A program made the translations under genes and the position numbers. The notes beneath the pieces are model-generated. The model was not told where the DNA came from, searched no databases, and worked only from the letters and a program-made list of their open reading frames with translations. From Phyllosticta citribraziliensis (lineage: Eukaryota), in contig NW_027117352.1 of NCBI RefSeq assembly GCF_038025025.1, forward strand, positions 186,001 to 250,000: a stretch of DNA of 64,000 nucleotides, given 5' to 3'. Shown piece by piece: positions 50,519 to 60,909 of this stretch. Within the stretch, counting starts at the first letter, position 1, and the number at the start of each line of letters is the position of its first letter.

Positions 50519-53228
50519 TTATGACGGGTATATTCTTTCTACGGCGTCCTTGAACGCTCTCTTCAATTCTTTCTTCTTGGTCCTGTTGATCTCCTCCTGT
50601 TTCTTCTCTTCGTCCTCCCTTTGCTTCGCCACCGTCTCTTCCCACGCTTCTCTTTCCTTCCGCCTCTGCTCCTCCGACTCTCTTGTCCACTTTTCACGAT
50701 GGTTTTTGGCAATCTGATCATTCATCGCCTGCCCGTAATCATCGTCCAGTGCATTTTTGAGTCTTTTGCATATGGAATCCGCCGCTTGGTAACGATCCGA
50801 GTTCCAATCATCACACTCTCCGCCCTCATCCCACCTCTCCTTGTTGTTGTTCATGGGTTCAAAGTGCTCAATGTTGATGTGGTTGAACTCCGAGCCTGCC
50901 GACTTCTTGGTCGAGAGCAAGTGGATGAAGACGGCACGCATGCCTTCCAGCATCTTTAGGCCCTTCAGTGCCAAAGGGTCGTAGCTCAAAGGCGGCTGCC
51001 TGGCAAATTCCAGAATGGCGGCAGCCGTCGCGGCCGCCACCGGCGTCGCAAACGACGAACCGGGGATCACTTCTCGTCTTCTTTGACTGCCCTCCATGCT
51101 CCCCCGGAGCGACAGAATCTCGCCCAGCGCGGTGAATCGATAGGGCTTCTGCAAAGCGCCCGGGTTGTCGAACGAAGGGCCGCCGGTGCGGTTCGCGGCG
51201 TCGATGGCGAAGACGTCGTCGCTGTTTGCGGGGAATTTGATCCGCGGCCCTCCGTCATTCGAACTGGCCGCAAACATGAGGATTCCTTTGCCCTTGGCTT
51301 CGTTTAGGAGATTTCTGATGTCCTGCGTTGGTTTTATTCCGAACGACATGCTGATGATGTCGACGACTCCCTGGCGCCGCCCATGTATGGCATGGCGCAG
51401 TGCTTCTGCTACAATCGCAGGCTCGATGTCGTCTGTTATTTTTTCGGCTATGCGGTACGAAAGGATTTGAGCGAATGGGGTGACTCTGGTCAAGAGGTAA
51501 GCACACTCGCTACCATGACCGTCTACATCTCTATCTGGGGGGAGGCGGTTCTGCAGCGTCTTCCCTCGCATGACCTGCTCACACAGCTCCATCTGGATGT
51601 CCTGAGACATTTCTATTGCGGATGGATCCCGGAGGGCCACTCCCGTGTCCAGCAGTGCTATTGTAATTCTCTTTTCGTCGTCGTGGTACTTGTGCAGGAA
51701 CCTGTGAGCGTTTCTCTGCAAGTGATCGAACCATCTTTCAGATTCGTTTTTCCTGCGACATGATGAGATTGAACCATATCGGTCTGGAGATTGTGCAGGA
51801 GACTCACGCGTTGCTTCCAAAGAAATTCCCACTGTTGCTGGTTGGCGAGACTTTTGGCGGCATTACTGACGGCGCTGTTGAGACAGGGCGCTTGCCGCGT
51901 TGAACTTTGCCCTGTTCCAGCGTACGGCGAGGATTGCTCCGGGCATCGAGCGAGTTGGACAACTCAAGCCCGGATGTTACGTGAATTGGTAACTCACTCG
52001 GTTCCGCTGGCCTGGGTAACGGAGTAGCAGAGGCTAGCTGCGAATTTGACCCTTCTGGAAGGGACAACGGTAAGCTAGAGGCCGATCGCGATCTCTCAGC
52101 CACCTGCTTGTCTGCATCTGCAAACGTTTTTTCTGCTAACGATGAATCTTCGCAGCCTCTGTTCCCTGATATCTGATTTGAGTTCTGATTTCTGACTGTT
52201 GATTTCGACTTTTTCCGGGACGAGCCTTTCGATGTAGTATGAGAGGGAGAGATATGCGCAATTCTTCTTGAAGGCAGACTTGCGGCGGCTTCAGAAGCTT
52301 GCGAATGACTTTTTGTTGATCTGTCTGATCGCAGCTGTGAATTCGGACTCTTTGCTGCTTTGCGAGCTTCATCATGCCGTGTAGATCCAGTGTTCAGTTC
52401 AAGCGCTTGGGAAGCTACTGAGCCTGGTACGCCAAGTTCAGTTCCATGTAGTTGGTCATCTTGCTGCTTGTCTTTCTGTTCTCTTTCTTTAATTTCTGCT
52501 TCCATCTTTTTCATGCAGAGGGCGAGCCACTTTCTTGAATTCGCGAGCAATACGTCGTTTTTGAGACTTTTACCACTTTCGGTGACTTTGTTCGCTAGGA
52601 CAACGACTTGTTTAAACCGTAGGCTCGCCTCCAGGTACTTGCCAAGATGTCTGAGCTGAATGCCGATGTTGTAATTAAACTCCACGAGGATATCATAGTC
52701 TCCTGGGACATCCGCTTCCGCTTTTCCGAGATACTTCATGCTTGTCTCGAGCGCCTCGGAAATCTTCACTAGATCCCCAGTTTCGCTCCCCCAGCCGACG
52801 AGTAGGCAAACAAAACTCAGAACGTCCTCGAATAATGTCTGACGGTTCCCGATTCCCTTGTCTATTCGGATGACCTTGCGATACTGCTCGATGCTTTTCG
52901 CCTGCTGCTTGGTCTGAAGGTAGGAGTCCGCCAGAAGCCGACGTGTTGCCAGCGTCGTCTCATGACGCTTTCCGAATGATATGCTTCCGAGGCGTCTTTG
53001 AAGGTTTTCTTCGTTACATGATATTGCTGCTGAATGGTTCTGCGCATCAAGTAGACAGTTGGCCCAAGAATCGCGGATTTCGAGTGTCTCCTCATGACAT
53101 GCACCCAAGTGAGACTCCGCCTTTTGCGCAGCGGCTTCAAAGAGTCGGGCAGCCTTAGCAGGGTCGCTTTGTTCAGCCTCTTCAGCAGATCCCAAGAGGC
53201 GGGAAATGTCTTTGACAGGATCGGTCAT
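50519..53228 (-). CDS. TPR-like + disordered linker + subtilisin-like S8 serine protease + C-terminal coiled coil (HET-Q2-like, ~884 aa), 2 exons
   Basis: A 55-nt phase-2 intron 51753-51807 (GTGAGT..CTCAT..GCAG) fuses ORFs 51804-53228 and 50519-51832. Catalytic triad IALLDTG / DVDGHGSECA / PGSSFATPVAAA; oxyanion AASSNDG; N-terminal LGACHEETL and FGKRHETTL kinesin-light-chain-type TPR motifs; no signal peptide. Confidence 0.9.
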
Positions 53229-53595
53229 TTGCTTCGTACACCTGAATTCCTGAGGGGAGCGATGTTGAAAGTATGAGGCTGTGAGTGTCCTTGGTCGTCG
53301 TACATGGCGAAGTGGAAGACGTCAGCCGCCACGTCGTGAGCGGAACTGGTATCAAGCGCTCCCGGGGTTCGCCGTTGGCGGGGTAATGTTTTCAAGTGGA
53401 AGTTCGGTTATGCAGGAAAGGCTGTGCAGGCTCGCGCGATTAATACTGGGGCCAGATTAGAAACTTGTCATTCTGGAGGTTGGGGCGGCTGGATTAACGA
53501 GATCTCAAACGAAAATCGACTTTAAACATGGAGAAAGCTTCCCAATACCTGTCTCCAAGGTTCTTGTCCACAATGCAGATGGTGTGGCTATACTT

Positions 53596-55656
53596 ATGCC
53601 CACTCTTGCCCTTCCGCCTCGCGACCCGATCGCTGGGTGGAAAACCTACACTCGCTCAAGCCTATCAGCCTCGCCAATTGGACTCGCCATCACCAGACCT
53701 TCAGAAACTTACACTACATCAATACCACGGGACTCTTCTTCTGCGATCACGACCACTGCGGCGGTTGTAGAGCCAACTCAGAGCCCTCAAACCGCGAACC
53801 ACCCTTCAAGGACTGGGATTGTGGTTGCTGTTTTGTTCTCGGTTTTGGCCCTCTTCCTCATCATCTTGTTGTTGTTCTATTGCTGCCGTCAGACTCGTCG
53901 GCAACCAAAAACGTGGACTGAATCCACATCTACTTCTCCTTCACCATCACCCCTCCCAGACCCTGTACCGCCACCAGTCCCACCTGCAGAACACGGTTCA
54001 AATGCGGCCGCACATCCCAGCCGCAGCGACGATGGATCGGCTCGAACTCGTGGGCCGAATCGGAATCCCCCGCGATCGAATCAAGAGGACGATTCCCGAC
54101 CGACTGGGGGTATTGCAGCTCCGGAGCCACCTCAATTGCCTGTCCTGAATTCGACACCACTGGTTGGACGTACAAATGCACCAATTACGAGAGGCTCCTT
54201 TAATCAAGTGCCACCAACACCTCCGATTCCGGATCTTCCAAGTCATGGTCGGAGCACGACAACAGAGCGAGGTGAGAATCAGCGCCCTCAAGCGTCTGCT
54301 CCCTTCGTTGGACGTGCACCCGCTTCAAATGGAAAGTCGACTGTGCAAGGGACTGGGTCCTTCGCCAGTACTGTACCAATACCGCCAACTCAAGTAGACC
54401 CGGTGTCGAATCATGGGTTCGCCTCACCGCAGACGCATTCAAACTTGCACACTGCGGCGTCGACAACGACAAAAACACCTCAAGCGTCGAGTCAGGGTAT
54501 GAATGCAGAGAACCCGTCAGCTCTTTCAACGGTGCCGGGGAGAGCCCGGCAGAGTGTGGCCACACAGCAAGCCCCGAAAGCCTCGAGGTCGGTTCCTCTC
54601 GAATCCAAGCTAGGAGGTCGGTATGAGAGGAAAACCGACGGACAGTTGAGCAAAACCGGAATACCAGGGGGTGAAATGCCCGCTGAGAAGAAAAGCCAGG
54701 CTGATCCGGATGGAAGCGAGACCTTGGTTGTTGAAGAGCCATCTTCACATACCCCTGCACAATCAGTTGCGGAAAGGTCAGGTCCAAAGTCAGCTGCTCC
54801 TACCGACAAGAAACCAGTGCAGAGCTCGCCTGCGCGCAGTGAGATTTCGGCTCGAAAGGATGAACAGGAACAGGTGCCCGAGGATCCAGATCCTCGCGAT
54901 GTTCCTAAAGGAACAGCGTCGATTCAAGCATCGCCTCGGAGTCCTAGTTCCACACAGAGCAGTAGCTCAAGCAAGGGTAGAAGCTCTCGCGGGGGAAAAA
55001 GCGTGGCTCGGAGTCGAAGCTCATCTGGGAGCAAGAAGTCTGCTGGAAGCAAGTCCCATAAGGCAGGCACGAGTCCTCCTCAACTACCAAGTCAAGAGCC
55101 TTCAGTTCGAACTGAGGGTGGAGAAGACTATACTGCCGTTGAACAGGATTCTGGTTCCGCCAGGCTTTCAAGTCCGCCCCAATCAGCCCGAAGTGAGCCT
55201 TCTAGCCGAAGTAGGAGATCTCAGGCCAGGAGTGCAACAGAAGAGCCAGTCGACGGCACCCCGGAGCAGACATCCGTTCCTTTTCATCAAAGTCCTGGAT
55301 CAACATCCGAAATTACGACTCAATCAACAAGCGTTGATTCCACCGGGCGCGTGTTCGTCGACGCACCAGAGATTCCAGACGCGCACGAACCATCAGCTCA
55401 TCAGCGTAGAGTTATTAGGATTAGACTAGACGAAAGGGCACCTCAGCCTCGAGGGCTAGTGGATCCAAGTGGTTTACATTTTGCAAGGCCAGCAGCAGGG
55501 CGGAGGAGAAGAGCACAGCGTCCTGTTAGACGCATGGGAAATCTCGATGCAGAGATTGAAGGTGTTGATGTCCAGGAGATGACTGACGAGGAGATGTTTG
55601 CAAGGCTCGACAGGTTGAATTACTGGGCGGGTAGAACAGGAGGACGACTTGTATGA
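53596..55656 (+). CDS. Single-pass membrane protein: S/T-rich N-terminus, one TM, YCC motif, very long disordered S/P-rich tail (~686 aa)
   Basis: Uninterrupted ~2 kb ORF; GIVVAVLFSVLALFLIILLLFYCCRQTRR; first in-frame ATG at 53596. Confidence 0.78.
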   Translation: MPTLALPPRDPIAGWKTYTRSSLSASPIGLAITRPSETYTTSIPRDSSSAITTTAAVVEPTQSPQTANHPSRTGIVVAVLFSVLALFLIILLLFYCCRQTRRQPKTWTESTSTSPSPSPLPDPVPPPVPPAEHGSNAAAHPSRSDDGSARTRGPNRNPPRSNQEDDSRPTGGIAAPEPPQLPVLNSTPLVGRTNAPITRGSFNQVPPTPPIPDLPSHGRSTTTERGENQRPQASAPFVGRAPASNGKSTVQGTGSFASTVPIPPTQVDPVSNHGFASPQTHSNLHTAASTTTKTPQASSQGMNAENPSALSTVPGRARQSVATQQAPKASRSVPLESKLGGRYERKTDGQLSKTGIPGGEMPAEKKSQADPDGSETLVVEEPSSHTPAQSVAERSGPKSAAPTDKKPVQSSPARSEISARKDEQEQVPEDPDPRDVPKGTASIQASPRSPSSTQSSSSSKGRSSRGGKSVARSRSSSGSKKSAGSKSHKAGTSPPQLPSQEPSVRTEGGEDYTAVEQDSGSARLSSPPQSARSEPSSRSRRSQARSATEEPVDGTPEQTSVPFHQSPGSTSEITTQSTSVDSTGRVFVDAPEIPDAHEPSAHQRRVIRIRLDERAPQPRGLVDPSGLHFARPAAGRRRRAQRPVRRMGNLDAEIEGVDVQEMTDEEMFARLDRLNYWAGRTGGRLV

Positions 55657-55923
55657 GGCGCGAGGCAGCAAGGACGGCTCTAGAGTCGATACTTCGGTCT
55701 TCCTCCAACTCCATTCTTGAAGAGAGACAGAAAGTCCCACTGTTTTTCCTTCGCATAAGCATGCATGCGACCAGCTCATCGCGCATGAATGTGTAAGCAA
55801 GTATGCCGGAGAAGCCAGTACATAGGTGGGCTTCCATGGCCCCCAATGTCGCAGGGATTTGTCGATGATAAAGGCAGCGGCACCCGATGACGTTACGACC
55901 GCCTTCAAAGTTCACCTCGCAAA

Positions 55924-56772
55924 ATGTCGTCGCGTCCATGCTGGTTTATTGCACCACACTCGTGCACTCCCAATGGCCACCTCAAGCTTGGAAACATTAT
56001 CCTCAACCCATCAAACCCGGATATCCCGCTGTACGAGTCTCCCAGCCCGTTGCCAGAGACGGAGAGGATCGAGACTTTCAGTGCGCGTGGCGCCCACTTC
56101 AACGGCCATGAGTCTCAGAGCGCAGCGCTCGGTATTGCCACTTCCTTCTTGTCGTTTTTGTCAGGAATCGGAATCGACGTCGCAACAAGCTGGAGCAAGA
56201 AAGAAATTGACCAACTGAGGGCGCAAACGATGACCACTCTGAGCTTTCTCCCTTCCTCGGCGTTTACTGAAGAGTGCGCCGCGCAAAAAGTGGTCCGGGA
56301 CTACGCTCGGAAGAAAATTGTCGTTAATCTGTACATGGTGGTGGGAGTGATGATTGCATCTGGAGCATCACGAAACACATGGTCCTCGGCCGGTCGTGAC
56401 GTGGGATTGCATGTCAATATTGACGGCACTTTGATGGGAGCACCTGCCAGCGCAGGCCCGAGCGTCGGACTCAATCAAGCGAAGATGATTGAAGTTGGAG
56501 CCGAGGATGCAGATGAGTTCGTCTTTGCGTTCCGGCTGAGGAAGATGAAGTTCAAAAAGGGCGAAGCGAAGCTGAGTATGCGCTACAAGAGCAGCGGATT
56601 CTTTGGCAAGGGGACCGTTGAGGAGAAGGAAGAAGAGGACGAAGAGCCCGTCCCGATCATCTTCGAAGGCTTAGCAGATGAGGACGTGAAGGGGCAGCAC
56701 TTTGGGCTCGAAGATACGGAAACCCAAGACGAGACGTCGGGCCAAGCTTGTCTTTGCGTTATGCCAGAATAA
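55924..56772 (+). CDS. Fungal gasdermin (HET-Q1/RCD-1-like pore-forming cell-death protein, 282 aa)
   Basis: N-terminal WFIAP..PNGHLKLGNIILNPSNPDIPL, TLSFLPS, LYMVVGVMIASGA, alternating beta-hairpin segments (GLHVNIDG..SAGPSVGL), EFVFAFRLRKM, YKSSGFFG then an acidic ~55 aa tail; size and S8-protease neighbour fit the family. Recognised from motifs, not from an HMM search. Confidence 0.82.
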   Translation: MSSRPCWFIAPHSCTPNGHLKLGNIILNPSNPDIPLYESPSPLPETERIETFSARGAHFNGHESQSAALGIATSFLSFLSGIGIDVATSWSKKEIDQLRAQTMTTLSFLPSSAFTEECAAQKVVRDYARKKIVVNLYMVVGVMIASGASRNTWSSAGRDVGLHVNIDGTLMGAPASAGPSVGLNQAKMIEVGAEDADEFVFAFRLRKMKFKKGEAKLSMRYKSSGFFGKGTVEEKEEEDEEPVPIIFEGLADEDVKGQHFGLEDTETQDETSGQACLCVMPE

Positions 56773-58333
56773 GGGCGAGCTTTCCGTCTTCCTTCTCGAT
56801 GGTGGTATTTTCCCGCCAAGGCTGAGATTGGGAGCAGTAACGGAGTGGCGAACTTCCTCCTTTCCTTCCGCATTTTCACATCGATGTATTCTTTTAGCGA
56901 AAAGCCTGGGAACCTTCAGACTTTTCCACCACCATCACTCTAGCACCCAACACTCATCAGATCTGGAGCTCGGCGATATTCCGCAGGTCGTTGTCGCTTG
57001 CTAGCGGGATCGTGAAAAGGTTCGAAAACCCAAGAGGCGATCTGGGTTCCAAGTCATACCGACCCAAAGCCTTGCGGAGGGACACTGGCCGCAGTAATAT
57101 GGACTAGAAGGCTGGCGCTAAACCGCAATCGTCGCGGGGTTCAACAAGTGCTGTTCAGTCGCGGGCATGATCCCACATGTAATTTTGCAGTGTCGCGTGG
57201 AACAGAGTCTGAGCCGGGAATTCACGGAACCCGAAAGAATTCTTGGACGTGCTTGCCTGCAGACAAAAGCGGGTCTTAAGGGTTGAAATCGTTGGTATCC
57301 TGGGTTACGGGGGCGATGGAAGCAAGGCAGTGCTCTCCGGAAGGCCGGTGGCGCAGGTACAAGTCATCAAAACACGGAACAACCGTCTAAGCCTCTTCCG
57401 GGTCGTTCCTAAAGCTCTGTCTTGGTATTTCAACGTCTTGGGACGTCGCTCCAAGCCTTTGAGGCTCGTATGTGCAACAATACAAGCCTGCTCCGCCTCT
57501 GACCCGTTCTTTGGTGGTGGAGTCGATCTTTCGAAGTGTCTGTCTCATTGACGAGGCCCGAAATCCACTCCACAGACACGGGCGTTGTTCCGGCAAGAGT
57601 CAACACCCAGTCTGTCGCATCCGATCGCCGTGGTGGTTGCACCATCCACATCTTGCTGAGCCATCCACAGGAATGAGGTCTGGTGTCTCTTCGAGCGAGT
57701 GTCGCGTTTCCGCTAGTGCGACCGGGCCGTGCGGATCCTGGTGGGATGTAGGCACTTGGCATTGGTGGACAGTGGATTCCAGTCTGTTTCCTGCCAGCTG
57801 TTCGATCGAAAATTTCGATCTTCAGTCATGCGGGTTTGGATAGTCAAATGAGGGGTAAGAGGAGAAGGTCGTGGTGTTCACGCGAAGTGGGTGTTTGTGT
57901 GGCAGAAGGCTTGGGGAACCCTTGCACGCCCAGGCAGCTGATGGCTTTAAGCTTAATTTTTGAGTTGTGGCTTCCTTGGCGACGCATGTGGCGTGGATGA
58001 CGGCGGCTCTAGCGGGCTGTGAAGTTGACGTGTGGACGTTTGAGAGGTCTGGTTGGCTGTTCTTGTCACTCCTTGTGTTCTGTAGGTGGTGGTGGCTGGA
58101 ACTTGGTTGGCGTACTGCCATAGACTTCGCTGGAGTGTGGTCGCTAGTTGCACGCTTCTGCAATACTTAGTCCAAGCATCGATTTCTTCGGCTTCCGACG
58201 CGCGTCATCGTCATAGACCCTTTGTTGTGGGTTGGCTTGAAAGGCAAGCTTTTGTACCCTCGTTTCTTGTTATAATAATTTCCTTGAGCCGCCTGATCGA
58301 CGACAGGAAGCGCCCGTTTCAAATTCTGCTACC

Positions 58334-59676
58334 ATGAGTGGCAGCAGCTCAAGCACACACAAGACGACAAGTTCAAGATGCGACCCTTCCTCGCTCGAAA
58401 CTGGCTGCTCGAGCAAGATTCAAGTGAGCAACCAGAGGAGCGAATCCTCATTGCAAGCATTACCGGAAGCTCCGGCCAAAGTATCATGGCGCGAACGGTT
58501 GAGACACTTTACTTGGGTACGTTCTTTCAAACAGGACATTGACGAGAATCTGGTACTGACCGTTGATAGTCTCAATTTGAGATCACCATGGGCACCGGAG
58601 CCATGGCCGCCCTGATGGCACAGCAGCCAAACAGCTTCGAAGGCGTCAGGACGATTGGCAAAATCTTCTTCATGCTCGACATAGTCTTGTTCGCCCTCTT
58701 CACTGGCTGCATCGCGTTCCGCTTCTGGGACAACCCTCGCACCTTCAAGAAGTCTCTTCATCATCCTCACGAGTCATTCTTCTTCGGCGCCTACTGGGTC
58801 AGCATCGCATTCATCCTGTACAACATGCAGGAGTACGGCGTTCGCGCGTGCGGTCCCTGGCTCGTCAAAACGCTCGAGATACTGTACTGGATATACGTGG
58901 GATGCGTCTTGTTGGTTGTGGTATTCCAATACCACATCATCTTCGATGAGGAGGTTTTGCCGGTTTCCGAAGTCATGCCCGCATGGCTCTTGCCTGCGTA
59001 CCCCTTCCTGGTTCTTGGTCCTCTGTCCGCCGATTTGCTAAATAGTCAGCCTGCAGAGGCCGGCGTTCCGATCCTGATTGGGGGTATCATGTTTGCTGGC
59101 TTTGGTTGGGGGATCGCGTTCATCATGTACACGCTGTACTTTACTCGTCTGATAACTCGTTTCCTTCCAACCGAACCCAAACGTCCCGGGATGTACGTAG
59201 CAGTCGGACCTGCCGCATACACAGCAAACGCGCTTGTTTCTCTGGGCATGAAGGCTCCCAGAATACTTCCGCCAGACTATCTTGGAATTACCAGTGGCGT
59301 TCCCGCGGGAGAAATATGGCGCGCAGTCGGAGTCCCTGCTGGCATCTTTGTCTGGTTGCTCGGATTCTGGTTCTTCTCCGTGGCAACCATCAGCGTACTG
59401 AAGGGATTTCAAAAGATGCACTTTACGCTCAACTACTGGAGCTTCGTATTCCCGCAGGCTGGACTGACAATTGCTGCTATTGAGATAGGAAACGTTCTCG
59501 AGTCTTCGACGATAAAAGGGCTGACAAGCGCGATGACCATACTCCTGGTTGTCGCATGGATTGCCGTTTCGGTGCTCACCATCAAGGGCATTTTGGATAA
59601 GCAATGCCTGTGGCCAGGTATGGACGAGGATGAGGAAGAGATGGAAAGCGAGGGATTCATTTGGTCCAGAGAGTGA
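58334..59676 (+). CDS. TDT/SLAC1-family C4-dicarboxylate (malate) / sulfite transporter, Mae1-like, 2 exons
   Basis: RERLRHFTW|SQFEITMGTGA; SLHHPHESFFF; MPAWLLPAYP; RPGMYVAVGPAAYT; FTLNYWSFVFPQAG; LWPGMDED. Confidence 0.92.
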
Positions 59677-60909
59677 GGAGGAGCAACCGATCCTATCATG
59701 CACAATTTGTCAGACAGCACTGTGCCGTCGAGGTTGGCCCGCCATGGGAATTCGCAAGAGCGCATTGGTCCGCGGAGAAATTCGTTTTTTTCGCATAAGA
59801 GGTTCAAGGACCTCGGCCATGACTTCTTTCATCAACGTGAAAGCAAAGTTGGTCTGAATAGGAATACCCAAGCGACCACTGGCCGACGAGGCTGCAGCAC
59901 CTGAGGCATACTTCCTCAGCCATCTTCTGAGAGCTGGCAGATAGCGTTGCTTCAACGCCCTGGCTGCAAGTCACAGGGCGTCGGCGCCAACGGCGGCCAC
60001 GGGAAGGAGATGGGAGCACATGCTCCGGATGACCTGATGCGCTGAAGAACACCATCTTTCGACTCGAACTCTGAGTCAACATCTGCACGCTTGCAGTCAC
60101 TCTGGAATTCAGAATGGAATGGTTCCATGGAGATATAGCACCGAAATTGACAACGGTTGCATAGAAGCGCGAAATTGCTATTCTGTGACTCAAGCCTGGC
60201 GAAGTAATCTGTGAGCGGGCTTCCAGACGCAATGCCATGAATCCCTCTCAGGCCCCGGCTTCGATCGACTTGTTTCGGGTAACTTTGTTCGGTGGTGCGT
60301 GATGAAGTCGGAAGCCGACATGTCATCGTGTCGTGGTGTTTGTGCAGCAGCCAAGCAGCCAAGTGTTGAGGCCAAGAAGTCAGACACCGGTAACCATCCA
60401 GATTGCTTTGAAGTTGTCGTAGATGCCGCTGACGAAGGTCGATGGAAGCAGAGCCGTTTGTGAGCCATGTCGTGAGAAGGACGAGGAGTGAGGTGAGAGG
60501 TCAAAGGGCGTCGGTTAGGTTTCCGGTCGAGGACTAGCGCAGGGTAAGCGAAGGTCAAAAGTCGTTGCCACGCCCTGTGGGTCTCGCCTCCCCGGGAACA
60601 AATTCTTTCTGGGGGCCAAGAGCGGGAACAACAACGCACCTTTGAAGATCAACTTTGGCGGCCGAATGAAATCCATCGCCTTGTGGGGCGCGGTGGGCCG
60701 TTCGCCAGGATGGCATTCCGACGTACAGAAGCCGTCGGCAACTTGCGATCCCTGAGCTGCAATTTTCTGGTTGCGCAACGTCACGCTTACCAATGTGGCC
60801 ATCCATTGGACTGTCTGTGCCGTTTATCTTTGATTCATATCTCTCCGCAATCCGTCTCTCCTCTTCTCCTCACTAGTCCTTCCTCTTCGTTCAACATTGG
60901 AACCTCGTC

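Noticed and set aside
51753..51832. Frameshift or pseudogene, or two separate genes, in the protease
   Set aside because: A canonical 55-nt GT-AG intron restores one continuous frame.
1279..56772. Functional link between the SxEA microprotein family and the gasdermin/protease locus
   Set aside because: They are 18 kb or more apart, separated by core housekeeping genes, and share no motif. Proximity alone is not evidence.
56702..57004. ORF containing DLELG, as in the copy G tail
   Set aside because: It overlaps the gasdermin 3' end out of frame and has no TM or SxEA motif; likely chance.
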